A stretch of DNA of 64,000 nt, taken from a virus (taxonomy: Duplodnaviria > Caudoviricetes). Position numbers and translations under genes: made by a program. The notes below the pieces were generated by a model. It was not told the origin of the DNA. It ran no database searches and saw only the letters and a program-made list of their open reading frames with translations. Positions 49,395 through 57,808 of this stretch are shown one piece after another (positions within the stretch are counted from its first letter, which is position 1; each line of letters opens with the position of its first letter). The stretch covers positions 1-64,000 of IMG/VR virus record IMGVR_UViG_3300047576_000027; one strand, 5' to 3'.

Positions 49395-49673
49395 TAAGCC
49401 TGATTCTGAACGTCCTTGCCATCTCACCCGAACTGCTGTGGCGAGACTACAGATTTATCGGCTGCTTCCGTGATGCCTTCTGGTTTCACGCTTTCAGGAA
49501 CGCATCGGCGGATCTGCGGCTATACGAGACTTTGAATATTAGTGGGATTGACAAGAGGGGAGAAATATACGCTGACACCATTTGTTCGCTTTCCGGCTCC
49601 GAGTTTCACCGTTCTTCCACCGCTCAAGCATCGGGTGTATCCTTCGGTTGTCGTTCCGAGGGAGAAAAGGCCG

Positions 49674-50330
49674 ATGACGGCAGCTATCGGATTCAAATAC
49701 CGGGATGGTATCGTGCTATGCGCTGACACGCTGTTGAGTGGCTCCATCGTCAGTCGGCACGCCAGTAAGATCGGCGGGTTCCGTTTCTCAGACGGCGTAG
49801 TTGTGTTTGCCATCGCGGGGCATACCGATATGGCGGAAGCCGCCATTCAGCAATGTGAGGAGCCATTGTGCGATTACAGGGGAACTCCACGAAAAAGAGC
49901 GAAGATAGCACAACACATACGAGAGACCCTGAAGCATGAATATGAGGATTTCATTATTAAAAACAATTACGAGGGCACCGCGAGGGACTACGCGATAATT
50001 GCGGCGATCTACTCTGAAGTTGACGGCATCGGGCTATACGCTACACACGGCCCCCAGATGAAGCGTTCCAGGGGATGTGAATTTATCGGGTCAGGAGAAA
50101 CCCATGCAATGCTCGCTATGGAGCGATTCGGCGGATACGATGGGGCAAAGAACTCAAACCTCGCACGAGCTTCATTGATAGCCACATATGCGTTGGGAAG
50201 CGCGAAGCGATATCAGCAGGATGCCGTAGGCGGAAAATCCGTCATAATTCATCTTGAATCCTCGGGGATGGTAAGTACTGCCCACGGATGCAACGATTCA
50301 TTGATCGAGAAGTACGCATGTGCGCGGTAA
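49674..50330 (+). CDS. Proteasome-beta/HslV-like Ntn hydrolase
   Basis: M-TAAIGFKYRDGIVLCAD...SKI...AIAG...FIGSG...VGG; possible Pro/Arg-rich propeptide in frame from 49542. Confidence 0.7.
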   Translation: MTAAIGFKYRDGIVLCADTLLSGSIVSRHASKIGGFRFSDGVVVFAIAGHTDMAEAAIQQCEEPLCDYRGTPRKRAKIAQHIRETLKHEYEDFIIKNNYEGTARDYAIIAAIYSEVDGIGLYATHGPQMKRSRGCEFIGSGETHAMLAMERFGGYDGAKNSNLARASLIATYALGSAKRYQQDAVGGKSVIIHLESSGMVSTAHGCNDSLIEKYACAR

Positions 50331-51340
50331 CCAGGGAACTGCTAGTGCCGGTCGGGGAGCTTCGCTATATCCGCGTGGGATGCCAGCACTGCAATACAAA
50401 GGTGACAGTGGATCTTCACGAGGTCAGCAGTTTTGCTGTAGGCGTAACTGAGAGATGTCCTGGCTGTAAAAAGAATTATGATTTAAGTATTCCATCGGCA
50501 ATTGGAATGTTTCGGGACGCCTGCAAGACTTCAGCCGGGGTTCTCCAGTTGATGGATTTCATGGTTTCACCACCAGAGTAAATACTTATTTTGCCGCCAG
50601 CCACTCGTTGATAAACTTTGCTACTGACCCACTACCCGAGACTCTAACTCTCCCCTCACCGGCAACCTCCGCCGCGAATCCAGAAAATCGTACAACTGCT
50701 TGATCTGGCCGGCGTTTAACTGGCTGAACGAGCCGACTCCAAATACAGACTTCGCTGCCATACTCAACTGCGAATGCCCCGACTTTCCGGCTGGTGATCC
50801 TGGTAGCGCAAGTTCTTGAGCGCGGGCATGGATCATGCGGTTAAGTTCAAATTTGTCGGCTGGCTTGAGGGGGGGCATGGGACTACCTGTCCAGTCTATC
50901 AATTATCGCCTGGACTTCGGCAGCTTTCAGTTGGGAAAACCATTCCGGCATGGGAATTTCCTGCGCCCCGATCCCCGGTAACCATCTCTCTCCTTCCTTG
51001 ATGAATACCACGCAGGGGCATGACGGCTCCCCGCATTCGTGATAATCAAATTGGTGCATTCCGAACGCATGCCCACATGCATCACAAAACTCTAAAAACG
51101 TTTCCGCACATATGGGGGTACTTAAGGGTGGAAGAGATTCATCGTAGGCGGTGTTTAGGTACTGCGTCACGGTATGCTCCGTATCGGTTGATCTTTAATC
51201 AGGTCGCAAGCGGACTTGTCTCCAGTACGGCAGGCTAAAATGACAGCGCACTTCGCAATACTACAGATCGCCATAACAAATGCAAATAAAGCCATTGCAA
51301 CGATGATTGGTGCGTTGTATTTCAGTTCCTTTTTTGTCAT
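50318..51340. CDS. Small hypotheticals: + Zn ribbon 50318-50581; - strand ORFs 50621-50902, 50883-51170, 51167-51340
   Basis: CxxC pairs; coupled junctions. Confidence 0.45.
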
Positions 51341-51354
51341 TCAATCTTCTCGTA

Positions 51355-53298
51355 TTATTTCTGTACTGGCCTGATGTTTCCACTTTTTTGTCGCGCAGCG
51401 ATCTTGTCTTTTAGCATCGTCAAGCTTCCCTTTTCTCCTGGCTGAAGGCGCGGATTGTCAATCAAGCCAGCATATTTTTTTGGTACGGGATTACCCTTAG
51501 CCTTTCCGTACGCACGAGCGTCTTCAAGAAGTTGATCCAGTTCATCACCGCCTTTATCGCTCATTTTTTGTATGTCATCAGCGGTAAGGTGAGGTTTTTT
51601 CTCTGCCAGATACTGATCGAGATTATTAACTTTATTTAGCGCATCGCGATTCACTACACTGCCAGTACCGTGTTCAAGATCGGCGAGTTTGCCGGTAGAT
51701 TCGGGGATGCCCGCTGGTGAATTGATCGGGATGGCCTGAATGGTAACGGGTGATCCGGGGGCCGCCGCAGCTTTATAGGGAGTTATCGGGACGATGCCTT
51801 TGCCAGTGGCCGGTGCGCCATCTGGGATGGCCACGTGAAAATCAGTCGCTCCAGCCTGTTTCGCCGCTGCCAGCCTCCGTGATCCGCTGGTGAGGTTAAC
51901 GTTTCCGGTCTTGGGGTCATAGTGTCCGAATGACGCCGGGGCTTCACTGCCGGACTTCAACATATCGGCATAACGGGAAATATCCGCCGCTTTGGATGCA
52001 TCGCCTGAGATGTCCTCATGCCCCACGACTTTGGAGAGCGGGACGCGGTAGACCGGGATGCCGGGTCCGACGCCACCTCCAACACCTTCGAGTGCATCCC
52101 GCGCATCCGTTTGCCTGATGAGGTTGAATGGCGGTGCCGCAGAAGGCGTTACGGGTTGCTTGCCCGCTTTAACCGGAGTCTTGGGAGTCAGCCAGTCCGG
52201 CAACGTGACTTTAGTAAGATCCTCAGGCGAGGGGACGGTGACCGGCCTGGCCGGGTTGACTCCCTCGGGCAGAGAGATTGGGTTGATCGGTGTTGGCGAC
52301 GGCGTTACGGGATTGAATCCAGGCGGGAGACCGACGCCGAAAGAGCCACTCGGGGTACTCGAAGTCTTCACGGACGGCAACGAGAGTCCCGGATATCGCT
52401 CTGCCTGTAATCGCGCCGCGAACTGATCGGGAGATTCTCCCGCGAATGCGCGGGGCGATGTAGATTCCGGCAGGGATGTGAGATTCGCCGACATTGGGGA
52501 TGTGGGCGGTGGCGCGCTGTACTGATTAACGTCTGGCCTTGCTGTAGACGCTGAATACCCGGAATAATCGGGAGTCTGCCGGTTCAGGAAATCCTGGTGG
52601 AAGTCGTAGTCCCTGATGGCCTTTTTTACTTCTCCGCTGGTGGCTTTTGCGCCTTTCGCGATACCCTCACCTAACTGCTTCACTCCTTCGTAAACCGGCC
52701 TTCCTAATGCCACCGCAGCGGGCAGTTTCATTTCATGGGGAAGGACATAATCCAGTGCTGCCCCGCCAACTAATTTGCCGCTTCCGATGGCAACATCTCT
52801 GCCTCCAGCCTTGATTCCACTTCCTATCGCTGACGGGATTGAGCCAGCAACCGCACCGGCTTTTGTACCCGGAAGCGCACCGATGCCCTCTCCCAATCCA
52901 TACATCGCGCCCAGATTTACAGCATCCCCCAGTCCCTCACCGATATCGCCGCGCGTGAATGGTTCAGGCTTGACCTTGCCGTTCATGACATCCACCTGAT
53001 GCTGTGCCACTGCCATGCTTTGATCGGAAAACGGGGATTCAAAAGCCGAAGAAACCATCCCTGGCCAGTTCATCGGATTCAGCGGGGAGTTTGTGGTAAC
53101 GGTTTTCTTGAAGGTGTCCCAGATGCCAGGAGAGGAAGTGATCGGCGGCGGGTTCGCCGTGACATCCGCAAAATCGTCATACTGCCCTGGAAACTTTGCC
53201 TTGATTGCCCGTCCCAGCGTTGCCGGGTCCATATCGTCGTATGCGCCGGGACGCTGTTGTTTCTTCGCGTTTCCCAAGTCAACGACGGTCTGTGGCAT
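51355..53298 (-). CDS. Putative ejection (internal virion) protein with a ParB-like domain
   Basis: P22 gp16-equivalent position; LGRAIKAKFPGQYDD N-motif; Gly/Ala hydrophobic segments; VPLSKV...LTSGSRRLAAAKQAG. Confidence 0.6.
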   Translation of the reverse strand: MPQTVVDLGNAKKQQRPGAYDDMDPATLGRAIKAKFPGQYDDFADVTANPPPITSSPGIWDTFKKTVTTNSPLNPMNWPGMVSSAFESPFSDQSMAVAQHQVDVMNGKVKPEPFTRGDIGEGLGDAVNLGAMYGLGEGIGALPGTKAGAVAGSIPSAIGSGIKAGGRDVAIGSGKLVGGAALDYVLPHEMKLPAAVALGRPVYEGVKQLGEGIAKGAKATSGEVKKAIRDYDFHQDFLNRQTPDYSGYSASTARPDVNQYSAPPPTSPMSANLTSLPESTSPRAFAGESPDQFAARLQAERYPGLSLPSVKTSSTPSGSFGVGLPPGFNPVTPSPTPINPISLPEGVNPARPVTVPSPEDLTKVTLPDWLTPKTPVKAGKQPVTPSAAPPFNLIRQTDARDALEGVGGGVGPGIPVYRVPLSKVVGHEDISGDASKAADISRYADMLKSGSEAPASFGHYDPKTGNVNLTSGSRRLAAAKQAGATDFHVAIPDGAPATGKGIVPITPYKAAAAPGSPVTIQAIPINSPAGIPESTGKLADLEHGTGSVVNRDALNKVNNLDQYLAEKKPHLTADDIQKMSDKGGDELDQLLEDARAYGKAKGNPVPKKYAGLIDNPRLQPGEKGSLTMLKDKIAARQKSGNIRPVQK

Positions 53299-53302
53299 GG
53301 CT

Positions 53303-55381
53303 TTATTTTACAAACTGACGCAATCCGTCCGGATCGGCCTTGGTTCCGGGGAGTGTCTGAATTCCCCCGTTCGCCTGTTTCGTCAACCCCTGATCCAGTT
53401 TTGAATACCCCTCCATCCATTTCGTAGCTTCGCCCAGTTTCGCCCGAAGTGTCTGCGGGTCTTTTGCGTCAAGGGCTTTCTCCCAGTGTTCAACCATCGT
53501 TGGCGACGAGCCGCCGCGCAGTCCGCCATGGGCCATTGAGACAGCGGTAGACAGGAATCCAAGTTCAGAGGACAGTTTTGCAAATACCTGAGTCTTTGTC
53601 GGGTCTTTCCCGAGTTTATTCGTAAGGAAATCGTTCCAGCGGGTTGCCACAACACCGAGATCGCCATCCTTGTCAGCTTTGTCAATAATGCCGTTGATGT
53701 CCTTCATATGATCGAGGATCAGACGTGCGTTGTTCGCGCGATCGCGCATCGAGGTTGTAATATTGGCGGGGTCGAGGCCAAGTTGCGCCATGCGGGTTTC
53801 GATCTGATATTTATCGCGTGCGTTCGTGGCTGATTTCGCTAAAGTCGTATCGCCATTTGCAATCTGCTTGACAATGCTATCCAGTCGGCTGGACGAATCA
53901 AATGGGGCAATCGTACTTGACGGTAATGCGCCAGTCGCGGGGTGAAGTGCGGGAGTTCCGGGCGCAGCGGGAATTGGCGTCTCCCCTGCTTTAGCCGGGA
54001 CACCTGGAGCAGCGAGTGGAACAGGTCTGGTAAGAGTAGAAGATTTATTCACTCCCTCGGGAGACGTGACACTGGTATGTTCTGTCTCGTGGCCCATCAT
54101 GGACGGATTGATTCCCGGCGCCGTCACGGGTGTCCCGTGCCCGAACGGATTGAACAGGATTTCATGCCCGTCGCCATCTATCCCGCCATTCGCCATTCGG
54201 GTTAGTGTCGAAACTGGCATCGCCGGTGCTCCGCCAGCGGTCAGATCACCGGGAAGTCGCGCCACGTTTGTAAGACCGTTCGGGCCAGCGACGGTTTGAA
54301 CGGGTCCAATAGACGGGGAGTAGTACAACAGTCCGCTAATAAGGTCGCGATGCTCCCGAACGTACGGAAATTTTTTCGCGTCAATCGTCTGCCCATGAAT
54401 ATCTACGCGATCCGCGTCGGACAACGATGATGCCGGGATATCTCCAGGAGTATTGACCGGGCGCAACATTGAACCGACCTGAATTGGTTGTAGTCCGCCT
54501 GCTTCAGCTTCGTATTGCGCCTTGACAATCGAAGGAAGAGAATCCCAGTACGGACTTTTCTTCATTTGCGCTATTTGATATTGCTTATAGGCCAGCGTCG
54601 TCTGTTGTGTCTCCTGCGCCTGCCGAAGAGCTTCCTGATGGGACAATCTCTGCTGCATGACTTGCAACAGGGCCGGGCGGTTTGCCGGTGCGGCCCATCG
54701 GGGATCACTCATCGTCTCCCGCACAATCTGGGCTGGATCTTCGGGAACGGGAAGGTTAGGGATAGTCGCTACGGTTGGTGTCGTCGGCTGTACGCTCGGC
54801 AACAACGGTGCCGCCGCTGTCCCGCCGCCCCTCAACCCGTTCTGAATCGCGGCGATAGCGGGAGACGCCGTGACGGGTGGCGCTGGTTCTTTGATACCAC
54901 CTTCCACATTCGTAACGGGATTCCCGGCTGGTTGCGCTGCAACTGGGGGTGCTGGCGGCTGTTCTGCCGCTATTGCGGGTAACCCGATCATGCTGGTGAA
55001 TCCGGTCGGGTTAATACTGCCCTGATCGGGAGGCGGTGGCACGGGTTGCCCCGGCGTCACGCCCGGAGCGGCACCCGGTTGCGGCGGGGGTGTCTGTGGC
55101 GGGGGGCCGATAACGCTGTGAAGCGCCTGTTCGTCTTGGATTCTCTTCTGAACGGTAGACTGGAAATCTGCCGCGATCTTTCCTATCGGCTTACCTGCGA
55201 TCAAATCGGACTGGTGCCTCAGGAGTGCCGTGCGGGTCTGTGGATCGGTTTCGGTCTGCGCCGCCTGCCCGATCATATCCGCGAAATGGTCACGCCGCGC
55301 TTCCAGTTGTGCGCGTACCTGCGCGCCATACTGTTGCGCCGCCTGCCCCATGCCGCCGATCAGATTTGCGAAGCCTGCCAT
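53303..55381 (-). CDS. Putative ejection protein (P22 gp20-like position)
   Basis: MAGFANLIGGMGQ; Q/A/P-rich helical sequence; C-terminal DPDGLR. Confidence 0.6.
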   Translation of the reverse strand: MAGFANLIGGMGQAAQQYGAQVRAQLEARRDHFADMIGQAAQTETDPQTRTALLRHQSDLIAGKPIGKIAADFQSTVQKRIQDEQALHSVIGPPPQTPPPQPGAAPGVTPGQPVPPPPDQGSINPTGFTSMIGLPAIAAEQPPAPPVAAQPAGNPVTNVEGGIKEPAPPVTASPAIAAIQNGLRGGGTAAAPLLPSVQPTTPTVATIPNLPVPEDPAQIVRETMSDPRWAAPANRPALLQVMQQRLSHQEALRQAQETQQTTLAYKQYQIAQMKKSPYWDSLPSIVKAQYEAEAGGLQPIQVGSMLRPVNTPGDIPASSLSDADRVDIHGQTIDAKKFPYVREHRDLISGLLYYSPSIGPVQTVAGPNGLTNVARLPGDLTAGGAPAMPVSTLTRMANGGIDGDGHEILFNPFGHGTPVTAPGINPSMMGHETEHTSVTSPEGVNKSSTLTRPVPLAAPGVPAKAGETPIPAAPGTPALHPATGALPSSTIAPFDSSSRLDSIVKQIANGDTTLAKSATNARDKYQIETRMAQLGLDPANITTSMRDRANNARLILDHMKDINGIIDKADKDGDLGVVATRWNDFLTNKLGKDPTKTQVFAKLSSELGFLSTAVSMAHGGLRGGSSPTMVEHWEKALDAKDPQTLRAKLGEATKWMEGYSKLDQGLTKQANGGIQTLPGTKADPDGLRQFVK

Positions 55382-55584
55382 TAGGTATCCCTATCCCAGT
55401 CAAAGTTGACAGGAGATTTTACGGCAATTTCCAGGTATGGAGTACCATCTTTCAGCTTGCACAGAATCAGGCAGTTTGGATCACTCACGAAGGCTCCCTG
55501 TGTGGTCGCCTCAGTGACAATGATACTCACTTGAATATCCGAATCATATTCACCGAGAGACTGGATTAACTGTGAAATCTTCAT
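55381..55584 (-). CDS. Small hypothetical protein inserted between ejection genes
   Basis: MKISQLIQSL..YD.D..V; GGAGG SD. Confidence 0.5.
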   Translation of the reverse strand: MKISQLIQSLGEYDSDIQVSIIVTEATTQGAFVSDPNCLILCKLKDGTPYLEIAVKSPVNFDWDRDT

Positions 55585-55625
55585 AGGCTGCTGCCCCTCC
55601 GGAACTCTTGAATATCTGGCATTTT

Positions 55626-56273
55626 TTATGTTCCACCCAGAGCCATCTGCGGATTAGATGGCGATGGGCTAAAGAGACCCGCAAGGGACCCCAGCGCACT
55701 CGTTCCGCCAGTCAGTGGAGCAGTCAATAACCCGAACAGCCCGCTACCGAGTCCCGCATAAGTTTGCAGCATCTGCTGTTGCTGTTGCGCCAATGCCTGA
55801 CTCAAACTGGCGTTCGTTGATGACCCGGTATTGAGCGCCGAATTCCCCACATTGAACAAGTTCGTCCCGACACCTTCTTGCGCAATTCCGATCTGCGGCA
55901 GCGTTGTCGCGGCGGTCGTACGTGCAGAATTGAAAAGATTCTGAACCCCCGCAGCAGGCGAAAGTTGGGCATTGAACAGACTTGCCGACCTGCCGCCGCC
56001 ACGAGGCTGTAATGCCGATGCGGACTGAATTGCATTCTGATCAGTTGCGCGGGTCTGGTTGATAGAGGGCGCAAGTAACGCAGCAGTGTTGGCGGAATTG
56101 CCGCCTAAGACGGTGCTTAGAAAGTTGGTCCCCTGGGTGACATTTCCCTGTCCGGCATTCAGGAGATTCGTTCCGGCAGCGTTGGCGGCGTTGGAGTTGG
56201 AGATCGCCTCGCCGGTAATGGCATTGGCCTGATTGTTACTGTTCTTTTGCGCCTGGCTCGGTCCAAAGCTCAC
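55626..56273 (-). CDS. Putative ejection/pilot protein (P22 gp7-like)
   Basis: A/N/Q/G-rich, RGGG, C-terminal glycine-zipper GLGSGLFG..LGSLAGLF. Confidence 0.65.
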   Translation of the reverse strand: MSFGPSQAQKNSNNQANAITGEAISNSNAANAAGTNLLNAGQGNVTQGTNFLSTVLGGNSANTAALLAPSINQTRATDQNAIQSASALQPRGGGRSASLFNAQLSPAAGVQNLFNSARTTAATTLPQIGIAQEGVGTNLFNVGNSALNTGSSTNASLSQALAQQQQQMLQTYAGLGSGLFGLLTAPLTGGTSALGSLAGLFSPSPSNPQMALGGT

Positions 56274-56770
56274 TGAATCCCCCCTTCGGCAACCATATCA
56301 TCCAACACGGAAGGCTCAAGCACGGAAGGTTCCACTGGCAGCAATTCCACGGGCGGTAACTGTCTCGGCCCAATCTGCTTCGACATTACGCACCACGGCT
56401 CCGCCACCATCCCCCGAGACTCCGCGAGTGCCGCCATACGTCCCGGCTTCACAAAAGCATACGTCCAGACCGGCCCGCACTTGGCGTACAGAATCTCTTC
56501 CATCCGGCGCATCAGCCGCCCGAATAGATGTGAATAGCCTTTCTCGATTTTCGTTGGCTCAACGTGCAGTTTCAGTTGCGCGAAACAGTATCCGACGATC
56601 TTCCCGTCCAGGATCACGCCGAAAGCGGTTGCCGTTTTTAAGTCCGGCAGATTCGCCCCTTCAGCCCGGAAGTCCGGCTCCAGCGTCTGGATTTCTTCGG
56701 GAGTCAGTTCGCGGATTTCCGGTTCATCCGTGGGCAGCACTGGTTTCGGGATTTTGATCGGCTCGATCAT
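56270..56770 (-). CDS. GNAT-fold protein (P22 gp14 / T7 gp13-like position)
   Basis: FGVILDGKIVGY...HVEP..I...RLM..ME...LAESRGM. Confidence 0.55.
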   Translation of the reverse strand: MIEPIKIPKPVLPTDEPEIRELTPEEIQTLEPDFRAEGANLPDLKTATAFGVILDGKIVGYCFAQLKLHVEPTKIEKGYSHLFGRLMRRMEEILYAKCGPVWTYAFVKPGRMAALAESRGMVAEPWCVMSKQIGPRQLPPVELLPVEPSVLEPSVLDDMVAEGGIQ

Positions 56771-56864
56771 GAGAGTGTCTTGGTGCTAATTATAGCGTTT
56801 TTACTATCAACCTCCACGTCAGCCTCCGAGGTGGATACCACCGGCTCTCAGTCGGCGAGTCGCT

Positions 56865-57800
56865 TTACTGCCTGAAAAACGCCCGCCTGATGAGGTTTGG
56901 CGGCAACGCCCCCGTGGAACTGCCAGAAACACTTGCACTCCCGCTCAGTGTCACCGGGTGCGTATGTGGCTCTGCGGGTACGGTCGCGCCAGTACCCGAC
57001 ATGACCGTTTGAGTCCCGCTGTCATTGCCGGTACTCCCGCTGACCAGTGCGCTTCCGGATGCCGTCACCGTGCCGTTCGTCGCGGCATTCAACCCGCTGT
57101 TTGCAGCTCCGTATTCAAGAAACACCCCGGTAGGCGATACTCCGGAAATGTTCGGCAGCATGACGCTCCCGATAGTGCCGTCCGATTTCAGGTAATTGTG
57201 CGCTGCGCCATCGTAAAGCGCCCATCCAGTGCCGGGATCTACCTCAAACGGGACCGGACCCATCCCGCTACCGGATTCTCCCGGTCCCCATTGCCATCCC
57301 GATCCGGTCCATCGCAGGACATGCAAATAATCGGTAACGCTCACCAGGAGTCCCGCGTGGACCGCAGAAAGTGATCCTGCGAGAGCGGTGAGTTGGGACT
57401 GGGTACGGTACAGGGTTCCGTCCATGTATGCCCACGAGAACGTGGCTCCCGCCGTGTAACGGAAAAGCACTCCGGAGTCGCCAGTGGTCGGCGCAAACTC
57501 AATTACAAGTCCATCCTGAGCATAAGGTGCTCCCGTTGTGGGATTGTTGTTCGGAACGGTCGCGAGGGCTGGAACGAATGCGTACTGGGGGCCTGATGCC
57601 GTCCCGCTTGCGCCCTCTATCGAGTCGGCAGTGATGTTTTGGACTATGGTGGTTGTGGTAGTGGTCGAGGTGGCCGCCGCCGCCGCGGCGAGAGCGTTAT
57701 TAGCTGCGCTGATGGCGGCATTTGTCCTGTCGTACAGGTCTGAGATATTCGCCTGATAAGGGCCTCCGGGAATGGTCAGTCTGGCGGGAGGGAGGGGCAT
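56865..57800 (-). CDS. Tail needle/short fibre with tail-collar-like domain (no signal peptide)
   Basis: N-terminal helical segment; PGTGWALYDG...LPN..G.FL..G; HTH; LPP C-terminal motif. Confidence 0.6.
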   Translation of the reverse strand: MPLPPARLTIPGGPYQANISDLYDRTNAAISAANNALAAAAAATSTTTTTTIVQNITADSIEGASGTASGPQYAFVPALATVPNNNPTTGAPYAQDGLVIEFAPTTGDSGVLFRYTAGATFSWAYMDGTLYRTQSQLTALAGSLSAVHAGLLVSVTDYLHVLRWTGSGWQWGPGESGSGMGPVPFEVDPGTGWALYDGAAHNYLKSDGTIGSVMLPNISGVSPTGVFLEYGAANSGLNAATNGTVTASGSALVSGSTGNDSGTQTVMSGTGATVPAEPHTHPVTLSGSASVSGSSTGALPPNLIRRAFFRQ

Positions 57801-57808
57801 GGCGGTGG

